DNA from: an uncultured virus (IMG/VR IMGVR_UViG_3300042554_000984)
Taxonomy: Duplodnaviria; Heunggongvirae; Uroviricota; Caudoviricetes; Kyanoviridae
DNA: 20,000 bases
Reading direction: 5' to 3' (one strand)
IMG/VR virus record: IMGVR_UViG_3300042554_000984
Span: 54,550-74,549 of that record
Shown: positions 8,451-17,881 of the stretch, piece by piece
How the letters are laid out: each line of letters begins with the position of its first letter
Numbering within the stretch: the first letter of the stretch is position 1
Notes under the pieces: generated by a model
What the model was told of the DNA's origin: nothing
The model's database searches: none
Seen by the model: the letters and a program-made list of their open reading frames with translations, nothing else
Made by a program: the position numbers and the translations under genes

Positions 8451-11400
8451 TGGGAGCAGAAGATATCATCATAAAGTTGAAGCGTGGTGTTTCGGGTGGG
8501 GCAGCACCGACTGGCCTGACCCACGGTGAACTTGCCATAAACACCACGGATGTCCGTCTGTATGTTGGTTCCTTGACTGGCTCGGTTCTGGCGATAAACA
8601 ACAGGTTCTTCACCGGGGCTACCGCTCCCGATTACCCAATCGAAGGAGACAGATGGTACAACGGCACATATGAAAGTGCCTACATCTCTGGTTCTTGGCA
8701 GGCTGTGGGCGGTGGAGGTGGAACTGGATCATTCAATCCTGCAAACTTGCTGATGTTTGTCGCTGGGGCAAGTGGTTCTGGCGGAATTACCTTCTCGGGA
8801 AATTTTACGATCACCAACAATCTTGGTGGAACTACTGAAATTCTAAACGGTCTGACCGTTGTTGGGGGAATCACAGGAAGCATTCTGACCGCAACCCAAC
8901 CAAATATCACCTTGGTGGGAATCCTTTCCTCGCTTACTGCATCGGGGCTGATCTCTGCAAACGCCGGTCTGTCGGCAAGCAACCTGTTTGTTACCAATGG
9001 TGCCACCTTTGGCTCCAACATCTATGCGCCAAACATGGTCACGGGTGTCAATGGAATCACAGGTGCGGTAACCATCACATCCGGTTCCAACATCACGATC
9101 ACTCAGTCGGGCAAACAGATAACAATAGCGGCTGCTGCAACTCCCGCAACTCTTGCCACCTCAAGTGTTACCGGTGTTGCCTCTTTCCGTGCAGCGGACT
9201 TTGATGTATCTGTGACTGGTTCGGTGAGTCTCACGGGAACCGTGGCAAGAACCAATGTTTCTCAGACATTCACCGGATTGCAGACATTTGGTTCCGGCAT
9301 TTCTGGCAACGGCATCACGGGAACTTTGCTGACTTCGACGCAGCCAAACATAACATTGCTTGGTTCGTTGTCTGCGCTTACTGCTGCCAATGTTCAGGTT
9401 TCTGGCGGTGGGCTCAGCGTAACAGGCGGAATCGCGGGAACAATAGTTACGGCTTCTCAACCCAATATTACTGCAATAGGAACTCTATCTTCTTTCAGTA
9501 CGGCAGGACTTACCTCGTTCGAAAGAATCAACATCACCAATGGTGGACTTTCTGCCTCTGGTCCTGTCTTCATTCAGTCCAATGGCCTAAGTGTAACTGG
9601 TGGAATCGCAGGAACCCTGTTGACCGCTGCACAGACCAACATCACATCGGTTGGTGTACTCAACGGATTGTCTGTCAACAACGGACTCAGCGTCACGGGT
9701 TCTCTGGTTGTGACGGGATCAGCAGACATCTTTGGTGGTCTATTCATTGACTCCGGTGGCTTGAGTGTTACTGGCGGCATTGCAGGAACAATAGTCACAC
9801 CATCACAGACCAACATTACATCCGTTGGTGTTCTGAACGGACTTTCTGTTAACAATGGTTTGAGTGTCACGGGTGGAATTAGCGTAACTGGTGGAGTTAG
9901 TGTTGGTGGTGGAGGACTTAGTGTAACTGGCGGAATCGCAGGAACCCTGTTGACTTCTGCACAAACCAACATCACATCAGTTGGAACCTTGTCGAACCTG
10001 ACGGCAACGAATGTTCAAATTTCAAGTGGTGGACTAAGTGTCACGGGTGGCTTGAGTGTGACTGGTGGTGAAACCCTCTTTGGTGGCTCAAGGATTCAAA
10101 GTGGTGGCTTGAGTGTCACGGGAGGCATTGCCGGAACTCTTGTAACTGCTGTACAGACAAACATCACTTCGGTTGGAACCTTGACTTCCTTGTCCACAGC
10201 AGGACTCACTTCCTCTCAGAGGATCAATATCACCAACGGTGGTCTATCGGCAGCAGGACCAATATTCATCCAATCCAATGGCTTGAGTGTGACTGGTGGC
10301 ATTGCGGGAACACTATTGACCGCTGCACAAACCAACATCACATCAGTTGGAACCTTGTCGAACCTGACGGCAACAAATGTTCAAATTTCAAGTGGTGGAC
10401 TGAGCGTCACGGGTGGCTTGAGTGTGACTGGCGGATCTACTCTGTTTGGGGGAGGAACGATACAAAGTGGTGGCTTGAGTGTCACGGGAGGCATTGCCGG
10501 AACTTTGCTCACAGCAGCACAACCCAATATCACATCCGTGGGAACCCTGACTTCACTCAATTCCTCGGGCCTGATCTCTACTACTGCGGGTCTTTCTGGG
10601 AATAGCCTTAATATTGCTGCCGGTGCAACATTCAATGGTGCGGTAAGGATCTTTGGAGACTTGTTGGTGAGTGGTGGAATCACCACGACCGTTAGTGAAA
10701 ATGTCCTGATCGAAGACAACTTCATCGTCCTCAATTCCAACGCAACTGTAGCAGACAGCGGAGGCATAGAAGTTTATCGTGGACCAGCCGCTACTAATCG
10801 TATTCTTAGGTGGAACGAGTCTAGCGGTACATGGCAATACACAAATGATGGAACCACCTATTTCAACATAGCGGCTGCCGGTGCGCTTCCACTAGCATCC
10901 GCTACCGTTACGGGTGTTGCCTCGTTTGGCAATGAGTTTGTCGTATCCGCTCTTGGTGCAGTAAGCCTGACAAGCAATTATGTGCGATCCGTGAATGGTG
11001 TAACAGGTGGTGTTACCGGTGTCGCCTGGAACTTCCTGCCACAGACATTCACAGGGTATCAATCCTTCTCAAGCGGTGTTTCGTCTTCAAACCTCTATGT
11101 CTCCACGGGTGCAACATTTGCCGGTGGAGTAAACATAAGTTCTGGTGGCTTGAGTGTCACGGGAGGAATTGCCGGAACTATCGTAACTCCAAGCCAGACC
11201 AACATCACGACTGTTGGTTCCTTGGTGTCCTTGTCAACGGCAGGACTTACTTCTTCACAGAGAATCAATATCACCAATGGTGGTTTGTCTGCTGCCGGAC
11301 CAGTATTCATCCAATCCAACGGGTTGAGTGTAACTGGCGGAATCGCAGGAACTTTGTTGACAGCGACACAAACAAACATCACATCGGTCGGTGTACTCAA

Positions 11401-14400
11401 CGGACTGTCTGTAAATAATGGCCTGAGTGTCACGGGTTCGATGGTTGTCACGGGATCAGCGGACATCTTTGGTGGTTTGTTTGTTGACTCGGGTGGTTTG
11501 AGCGTAACTGGCGGCATTGCCGGAACTCTTCTAACTGCTGCACAGACCAACATCACTTCGGTTGGAACCTTGACTTCCTTGGCTTCCGCAGGACTCACTT
11601 CCTCTCAGAGGATCAATATCACCAATGGTGGTCTATCGGCAGCAGGACCAGTATTCATCCAATCCAATGGCTTGAGTGTAACTGGCGGCATCGCAGGAAC
11701 CCTGTTGACCGCTGCACAGACCAATATCACTTCGGTCGGTGTACTTAATGGTCTTTCGGTTAACAATGGATTGAGTGTAACTGGTGGAATTTCAATTACG
11801 GGTGGTATTCTTCAATTTGGACCATCAAGGATTGCTGATGGCTTGAGTGTCACAGGTTCGATGGTGGTAACCGGAGGTGCCGACATCTTCGGTGGACTAT
11901 TTGTTGACTCTGGTGGCTTGAGTGTCACAGGTGGGGCAAGCATAACGGGCGGAGAAGCAATCTTTGGCGGATCAAGGATTCAATCGGGTGGCTTGAGTGT
12001 GACTGGCGGGATTGCGGGAACCTTGGTAACGCCATCACAGACCAACATCACGGCTGTGGGTTCCTTGGTGTCTTTGTCAACGGCAGGACTTACCTCGTCC
12101 GAAAGAATCAATATCACAAATGGCGGTATCTCTGCGGCTGGTCCTGTATTCATTCAGTCCAATGGGTTGAGTGTGACTGGTGGCATTGCAGGTATTCTTC
12201 TAACTGCTGCACAGACCAACATCACTTCGGTTGGTGTACTAAACGGTCTATCTGTCAACAATGGTCTTAGCGTTACTGGTGGAGTAAGTATAACAGGAGG
12301 AGAAACGATCTTTGGTGGGTCTAGAATTCAATCAGGTGGATTGAGTGTTACGGGTTCCATGGTTGTTACAGGATCAGCAGACATCTTTGGTGGGTTGTTT
12401 GTTGACTCGGGTGGCTTGAGTGTGACTGGTGGCATCGCTGGAACTCTAGTCACTTCATCACAGACCAACATCACTTCAATCGGAACTTTGACTTCCTTGT
12501 CTACGGCAGGACTTACCTCGTCTGAAAGAGTCAACATTACCAATGGTGGTCTGTCTGCTTCTGGTCCTGTCTTCATCCAATCCAATGGCTTGAGTGTGAC
12601 TGGTGGCATCGCTGGAACTTTGTTGACCGCTGCACAGACCAATATCACGACTGTTGGTTCCTTGGTGTCCTTGTCTACCGCAGGACTCACTTCCTCTCAG
12701 AGGATCAATATCACCAATGGTGGTCTATCGGCAGCAGGACCAGTATTCATCCAATCCAATGGCTTGAGTGTAACTGGCGGAATCGCAGGAACTTTGATCA
12801 CGCCAAGTCAAACGAACATTACTGGCTTGGGTACATTGACTTCACTAAGCACAGCAGGACTTACTTCATCCGAGAGAGTAAACATCACCAATGGTGGTTT
12901 ATCCGCAGCAGGACCAGTATTCATTCAGTCCAACGGTTTGAGTGTAACCGGTGGAATCGCCGGAACTCTTCTAACTCCTGCACAGACCAACATCACATCG
13001 GTCGGTGTACTCAACGGACTGTCTGTAAATAATGGCCTGAGTGTCACGGGTTCCATGGTTGTGACTGGTGGCGAATCAATCTTTGGTGGATCAAGGATAC
13101 AATCTGGTGGATTGAGTGTCACGGGTAGTGCCACAATCACGGGCGGATTGAATGCGTATGGTCAATTGAGTGCTTACAATGGCATCGAAATACTACAATC
13201 GGGGTTGAGGGTAAGTAAAGGAGGAATCGATACCAATCTTGGTGTAACTTTCGGAAATCCCGCATATGGTTTCGGGGATGATCCTGTAATCAATCTGTAT
13301 CGTGGCACCAACGAATTGCTGAGAATAGGTGCAGCCCGTGGTGGAAGTTTCCTAGGTGGACTGAACAATGTGTATGTCTTTGACATCTTGGGTCCAAATG
13401 CCGCACAGACAAGAGCAATCAACTTCAGAAGAGGAACCAACTTTGACGGGGCATCGGCAAGCAACCATGTGACCATCATGTCGTTTGATACGAGCGACAA
13501 TGTAGGCATAAGGACTGCATCTCCGGGTGCTACATTTGATGTAGCGGGAACTCTTCGTGCTAGCGGAATCGGAACATTCACAAGTGGACTGACAACCAAC
13601 AATCTTTATGTCTCCCAAGGAACCACATTTGCAAGTGGTATCAACATTGCTTCGGGAGGCATTAGCGTCACAGGTGGTATCGCTGGAACAATAACCAATC
13701 CATCACAGAACAACATCACGGCTGTGGGTTCCTTGGTATCCTTGTCCACGGCAGGACTTACATCTTCGCAGAGAGTCAACATCACCAATGGTGGTCTGTC
13801 TGCCGGTGGTGGAATATGGGTACAGAGCGGTGGAATAAGCGTCACGGGGGGTATCGCTGGAACCCTGTTGACCGCTGCACAGACCAACATCACATCGGTT
13901 GGTGTACTTAATGGTCTATCTGTAAACAATGGACTCAGCGTGACTGGTGGCATTAGTATCACGGGTGGACTTCTTCAGTTTGGTCCTAGCCGAATTGCAG
14001 ATGGACTTAGCGTTACTGGTGGTGTAAACATTACCGGTGGTGCAAACTTCTTCGGCAACATCATTGCAAATGGTGGAGTCACGGCATATGGCGGTGTATC
14101 GACTCCTAGGATATTGTTTGGCAACACAGGTGCAAATTCCATAAGCGCAATCTATGACTTTGATACCTATGACACCCTCTCCTTTGAGGGATCTGCCGGA
14201 CAACTATTCTCTATTTACAACAACTTGTCCTCGGGAACAATATTCTCCGTAAATGACATTTCGGGAATACCGAGCATAGAGGTAAATGCAGATGGAACTG
14301 TGTTGCTTGCAGGATTTACGGGAAATGTAGGCATCGGCATCACTTCTGCATCTGGAACTGAAAAAGTCCATGTCGGTGGTTCCTTGCGGGTACTGGGTTC

Positions 14401-16876
14401 AGTCAATTCTAGTGGACTGAGTGTCACAGGCTCTGCCATAATCACAGGTGGTGCCGATGTGTTTGGTGGATTGTTTGTTGATTCAGGTGGCTTGAGTGTC
14501 ACGGGAGGTATTGCAGGAACTCTGTTGACTGCTGCACAACCCAACATCACATCAGTTGGTGTACTCAATGGTCTATCTGTAAACAATGGACTCAGCGTTA
14601 CTGGTGGATTAAGTGTAACTGGTGGTTTTGTTCTCTATGGTCCTTTGACTTTGCCAGAAGGGACTCTGAATCTATCCATTATTAATGCATCTAATGCGAT
14701 TTCGATAACGGGAAATCTTTTCATCACGGGTGGCAATCTCACCGCAAATTCATTGTTTGCCAACCGTGCATCATTCTTGCAACCATTGACCATCAGCAAT
14801 GCCGGTGATGTGTCCTCGATTGGGAGCAGAAGCATAACATCTCATCATTTGAACTCCGATGTTCTCTATACGAGATCAATTGTTACAAGCAGCCCAACAG
14901 GAAACATCTACCTTGAAGGTCAAAATGTTTGGGTGAGAAATTCTGTGCTTACCATAACTGGACCGCATGGATTCGGAGCAGGAGCATCCGCTTATGTCTT
15001 GATAGACAGACCCGCTTATATCACGGGAAGTTCCACTCAATCCATTCGTGCCTTGACTTCCAAGGGGAATAACTCCTTTGAAAATGGATACATTTGGTTA
15101 GGAAAGCAAGTAGACATGCCTTGGGATTGGTATTGGGGCTCTCCGTCCTACGGTCTGACATATCCCGGTTCAAATGTCTTTGATGTTGAATGCTATTTGC
15201 CGTCCGAATTCTTCAATACCACGACACATAACTTCAAATCAAGTTGGACAACAAGACTCGCAATAAACAAAGATCGTCCCGAGTCACCCGGTGTCTCTGG
15301 CGGAATAGTTTCTCCAATTCCAAGCGATTACAACATACTGAGACTTACTCAGAGAACAGCACCAACAGGAACCGTTTCTGCCGGACACGGTTTTGTGGCA
15401 CCTTCGGGTCTTTTGAATGTTGGTTACTCTGTATATGGTACAGGTGTGCCTATCATAAGTGATCCCAGATATGATGTTGTCTCTCTTGCGGTAGCAACTA
15501 CTGGCCCAACATCTGTGATCGGTGTAGTTGTTCATACCGGTGGTGTAGAAATTACTGGAAATTCTAGTTTCAATCAGGATTTGACTATTCGAGGAAACCT
15601 CTTCGTATTTGGGTCTTATCCTGGTTCAACTGGTTCTTCTACAGGTGTCACGAGTTTGAACGGGCTTGTTGGTTCCTTGACATTGACTGGTGGAACTGGC
15701 GTTTCGGTAACCTCGGTTGGTACGAACATCTTGAGAATCAGTTTCTCTGGTGCGGGTTCATTCACCGGTGGCATCGAAGTTTATGGCGGTGCCAAAATTC
15801 AATCAGGTGGCATGAGTCTTACTGGCGGTGCATCGATTACTGGTGGCCTAACGGTATATGGCAGTTCGATGATGGCAAACGGTCTGAGTGTGACGGGCGG
15901 AATGTATCTCACGGGAGGAATGACTGCTTACGGTCGATTGAATCTCCAAAGTGGGTTAGATGTCGATAGCGGTTTGGTTAATATTCGAAATGGTTGTGTC
16001 TTTCAGTCATCGATAAATTCTGTTGACTTCTATCCTGATGTCTATTTTACCAGCAACAGCACTATAAGGATGTTGTCTGGAACAAATTTCTTGGGATTGG
16101 GAATCAGCGGCGGTGCAACTGCATACGGTGGAATCAAGATACAGAGCGGTGGATTGAGCGTAACTGGTGGCATGGCGATTACCGGAGCGATTGTTTCGTT
16201 CGGTGGAGTACAGATCAACAGCGGGGGGTTGAGTGTAACTGGTGGAGCAAGAATTCAAGGACTATTGACAGTTACTGGAACAAACTCATTGACCGTGTTT
16301 GGTGGATTCCGTGTTGAAAATGGTGTCAGTATCACAGGCGGAATAGATGTTACTGGTGGTGCAACGGTGTTTGGAACAATCAATGCCGGTAATGGCATTA
16401 GTGTAACTGGCGGAGCAATAGTAACCGGGTCAGCAGACATCTTTGGTGGACTCTTCGTTGACTCTGGTGGCTTGAGTGTCACGGGTGGTGCAAGCATCAC
16501 CGGAAACATCAGGATCAATGCCTCTTCTCTTTCTCCTGTTGGAGCCGCACCTTCGGCAACCGTTCGAGCATGGGTAAACTACAATCAGGCAACTCCTTCG
16601 ACAAGAGGAAGCATGAATGTCTCAAGCGTTTCGGACAATGCAGCAGGTCTTTTCTCGTTGAATTACACCACAAATCTATCAACCACGGGTTATGCTGTTT
16701 CGGCAATAGGAGAAAGAGTGGGTGCCAACGGAACAACATTGGTAGTTCTGCAAAATACCACCAATCCTCTAGGGACAACCGGTGTTGCTTTGCAGACGAT
16801 TGAAAATGCCGGAGGTGCTGGTGTTCCCGGCACAAACACCGATTTAACTTATGTCACCATCATAGTGGTTCAATGA
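8450..16876 (+). CDS. Giant repeat-rich tail or virion fibre protein (~2808 aa)
   Basis: ATG 8450 is coupled to the upstream TGA and has a GGAG SD at 8436-8439, so it is preferred over TTG 8423. N-terminal IKLKRG...GELAINTTDVRLYVG module (Mtd_N-like), many GLSVTG and QTNITSVG repeats, and a C-terminal RAWVNYN...NVSSVSDN domain typical of fibre tips. Confidence 0.9.
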   Translation: MGAEDIIIKLKRGVSGGAAPTGLTHGELAINTTDVRLYVGSLTGSVLAINNRFFTGATAPDYPIEGDRWYNGTYESAYISGSWQAVGGGGGTGSFNPANLLMFVAGASGSGGITFSGNFTITNNLGGTTEILNGLTVVGGITGSILTATQPNITLVGILSSLTASGLISANAGLSASNLFVTNGATFGSNIYAPNMVTGVNGITGAVTITSGSNITITQSGKQITIAAAATPATLATSSVTGVASFRAADFDVSVTGSVSLTGTVARTNVSQTFTGLQTFGSGISGNGITGTLLTSTQPNITLLGSLSALTAANVQVSGGGLSVTGGIAGTIVTASQPNITAIGTLSSFSTAGLTSFERINITNGGLSASGPVFIQSNGLSVTGGIAGTLLTAAQTNITSVGVLNGLSVNNGLSVTGSLVVTGSADIFGGLFIDSGGLSVTGGIAGTIVTPSQTNITSVGVLNGLSVNNGLSVTGGISVTGGVSVGGGGLSVTGGIAGTLLTSAQTNITSVGTLSNLTATNVQISSGGLSVTGGLSVTGGETLFGGSRIQSGGLSVTGGIAGTLVTAVQTNITSVGTLTSLSTAGLTSSQRINITNGGLSAAGPIFIQSNGLSVTGGIAGTLLTAAQTNITSVGTLSNLTATNVQISSGGLSVTGGLSVTGGSTLFGGGTIQSGGLSVTGGIAGTLLTAAQPNITSVGTLTSLNSSGLISTTAGLSGNSLNIAAGATFNGAVRIFGDLLVSGGITTTVSENVLIEDNFIVLNSNATVADSGGIEVYRGPAATNRILRWNESSGTWQYTNDGTTYFNIAAAGALPLASATVTGVASFGNEFVVSALGAVSLTSNYVRSVNGVTGGVTGVAWNFLPQTFTGYQSFSSGVSSSNLYVSTGATFAGGVNISSGGLSVTGGIAGTIVTPSQTNITTVGSLVSLSTAGLTSSQRINITNGGLSAAGPVFIQSNGLSVTGGIAGTLLTATQTNITSVGVLNGLSVNNGLSVTGSMVVTGSADIFGGLFVDSGGLSVTGGIAGTLLTAAQTNITSVGTLTSLASAGLTSSQRINITNGGLSAAGPVFIQSNGLSVTGGIAGTLLTAAQTNITSVGVLNGLSVNNGLSVTGGISITGGILQFGPSRIADGLSVTGSMVVTGGADIFGGLFVDSGGLSVTGGASITGGEAIFGGSRIQSGGLSVTGGIAGTLVTPSQTNITAVGSLVSLSTAGLTSSERINITNGGISAAGPVFIQSNGLSVTGGIAGILLTAAQTNITSVGVLNGLSVNNGLSVTGGVSITGGETIFGGSRIQSGGLSVTGSMVVTGSADIFGGLFVDSGGLSVTGGIAGTLVTSSQTNITSIGTLTSLSTAGLTSSERVNITNGGLSASGPVFIQSNGLSVTGGIAGTLLTAAQTNITTVGSLVSLSTAGLTSSQRINITNGGLSAAGPVFIQSNGLSVTGGIAGTLITPSQTNITGLGTLTSLSTAGLTSSERVNITNGGLSAAGPVFIQSNGLSVTGGIAGTLLTPAQTNITSVGVLNGLSVNNGLSVTGSMVVTGGESIFGGSRIQSGGLSVTGSATITGGLNAYGQLSAYNGIEILQSGLRVSKGGIDTNLGVTFGNPAYGFGDDPVINLYRGTNELLRIGAARGGSFLGGLNNVYVFDILGPNAAQTRAINFRRGTNFDGASASNHVTIMSFDTSDNVGIRTASPGATFDVAGTLRASGIGTFTSGLTTNNLYVSQGTTFASGINIASGGISVTGGIAGTITNPSQNNITAVGSLVSLSTAGLTSSQRVNITNGGLSAGGGIWVQSGGISVTGGIAGTLLTAAQTNITSVGVLNGLSVNNGLSVTGGISITGGLLQFGPSRIADGLSVTGGVNITGGANFFGNIIANGGVTAYGGVSTPRILFGNTGANSISAIYDFDTYDTLSFEGSAGQLFSIYNNLSSGTIFSVNDISGIPSIEVNADGTVLLAGFTGNVGIGITSASGTEKVHVGGSLRVLGSVNSSGLSVTGSAIITGGADVFGGLFVDSGGLSVTGGIAGTLLTAAQPNITSVGVLNGLSVNNGLSVTGGLSVTGGFVLYGPLTLPEGTLNLSIINASNAISITGNLFITGGNLTANSLFANRASFLQPLTISNAGDVSSIGSRSITSHHLNSDVLYTRSIVTSSPTGNIYLEGQNVWVRNSVLTITGPHGFGAGASAYVLIDRPAYITGSSTQSIRALTSKGNNSFENGYIWLGKQVDMPWDWYWGSPSYGLTYPGSNVFDVECYLPSEFFNTTTHNFKSSWTTRLAINKDRPESPGVSGGIVSPIPSDYNILRLTQRTAPTGTVSAGHGFVAPSGLLNVGYSVYGTGVPIISDPRYDVVSLAVATTGPTSVIGVVVHTGGVEITGNSSFNQDLTIRGNLFVFGSYPGSTGSSTGVTSLNGLVGSLTLTGGTGVSVTSVGTNILRISFSGAGSFTGGIEVYGGAKIQSGGMSLTGGASITGGLTVYGSSMMANGLSVTGGMYLTGGMTAYGRLNLQSGLDVDSGLVNIRNGCVFQSSINSVDFYPDVYFTSNSTIRMLSGTNFLGLGISGGATAYGGIKIQSGGLSVTGGMAITGAIVSFGGVQINSGGLSVTGGARIQGLLTVTGTNSLTVFGGFRVENGVSITGGIDVTGGATVFGTINAGNGISVTGGAIVTGSADIFGGLFVDSGGLSVTGGASITGNIRINASSLSPVGAAPSATVRAWVNYNQATPSTRGSMNVSSVSDNAAGLFSLNYTTNLSTTGYAVSAIGERVGANGTTLVVLQNTTNPLGTTGVALQTIENAGGAGVPGTNTDLTYVTIIVVQ
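9310..14630 (+). repeat. Dispersed coding repeats of the giant fibre
   Basis: Many near-identical DNA blocks. 11586-11688 equals 12678-12780 (103 nt identical). 9957-10065 and 10323-10431 differ at 3 synonymous positions. Confidence 0.9.
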
Positions 16877-16909
16877 CATATCTACTATTAAGAAACGGAG
16901 GGAATACAC

Positions 16910-17119
16910 ATGGCTTTGTCTGACATTTCAAAGAGGGTGGTATCTGTCAATGACGATGGAACGATTCGGATATTGATTCCTACTCCTGAGTATCTTGAAA
17001 ATCACACAATAGAGGATTTGATAGCAAAGGACATCCCTCCCGGGATTCAATACTACATCATCGATGCATCGGAGATGCCCACCGACAGAACATTCAGGAA
17101 TGCATGGACATGGGAATAA
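16910..17119 (+). CDS. Small probable tail-fibre assembly protein (part 1)
   Basis: GGAGG SD, directly after the giant fibre. Motif IEDLIAKDIP...DASEMPTDRTFRNAW resembles small genes that follow fibres with this tip domain (recall). Confidence 0.75.
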   Translation: MALSDISKRVVSVNDDGTIRILIPTPEYLENHTIEDLIAKDIPPGIQYYIIDASEMPTDRTFRNAWTWE

Positions 17120-17361
17120 AGATAAACATCGAGAAGGCCAAGGAGATATCCCACGACATTCGCAGGCGAGTTCGTGCAAAGGAATTTGAACCACTTGACA
17201 ACATCATTGCCAAGCGCATTCCGGGCACACCTGAGGCAGCCGTGGAGGTGCAGCGGCAGGAAATCCGCGACCGCTATGCCGCCATTCAAGAGCAGATAGA
17301 TGCCGCCGAAACCGTGGAAGAATTGAAGGCTTTGCCGATATTTGATAATCGAAACACCTGA
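17104..17361 (+). CDS. Small probable tail-fibre assembly protein (part 2); start is 17104 or 17110
   Basis: Helical protein INIEKAKEISHDIRRRVRAKEFEPLD...RQEIRD...IDAAETVEELKA, a pattern like phage fibre chaperones. AGGA at 17096-17099. Overlaps the previous gene. Confidence 0.75.
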   Translation: MDMGIKINIEKAKEISHDIRRRVRAKEFEPLDNIIAKRIPGTPEAAVEVQRQEIRDRYAAIQEQIDAAETVEELKALPIFDNRNT

Positions 17362-17383
17362 ATTTCGTGTGTTTCTTTAGAAA

Positions 17384-17390
17384 CTAAATA
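17384..17390 (+). promoter_or_regulatory. T4-like late promoter motif CTAAATA
   Basis: Intergenic, 9 nt before ATG 17400, no SD. Confidence 0.7.
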
Positions 17391-17399
17391 CTCGGCACT

Positions 17400-17828
17400 A
17401 TGCCCCTAAATTTCCCGTCTGGCCCAACTTCAGGTGCGATTTACTCGTTCAATGGCAAGACATGGACATGGAATGGATATGCCTGGGACATCCTCGTAGC
17501 CACCGTAGGAACCACAGGAACCGTTTCAACCATCAATGGCATTACCGCCGACTCGTTCGGCAATGTCACCCTTGAACTTGAGGATTTATCCAATGTCAAC
17601 ATCGGCTCCAAGCAGGACGATGACATACTGCGTTGGGATGCCGACACTTCAAAGTGGATCACCCTGAGTTCGGGAGTCAGCGCAGGCAATTTTATAATTC
17701 TGTCAGCAGGAGGAACCGCAGGAACGGGCAAGTTGCCTGCCGTGGATGGTTCCCTGCTCTTGGATGTCAACGCTTACTATTTGAGAAACAAATCACCAGA
17801 TCAGATCACCGATGGCGGTTCGTTCTGA
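17400..17828 (+). CDS. Short virion fibre or adaptor protein
   Basis: N-terminus MPLNFPSGP...WTWNGYAW is paralogous to the 6915 gene. Contains LEDLSNVNI...DDILRWD...KW and GKLPAVDGSLL motifs, and ends in DGGSF. Confidence 0.82.
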   Translation: MPLNFPSGPTSGAIYSFNGKTWTWNGYAWDILVATVGTTGTVSTINGITADSFGNVTLELEDLSNVNIGSKQDDDILRWDADTSKWITLSSGVSAGNFIILSAGGTAGTGKLPAVDGSLLLDVNAYYLRNKSPDQITDGGSF

Positions 17829-17831
17829 ATG

Positions 17832-17838
17832 CTAAATA
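17832..17838 (+). promoter_or_regulatory. T4-like late promoter motif CTAAATA
   Basis: Intergenic, 43 nt before ATG 17882, which has an AGGAG SD at 17871-17875. Confidence 0.65.
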
Positions 17839-17881
17839 ACCAGCCATCACCTCAACAATGGGTCAATAACAGGAGATAGAT

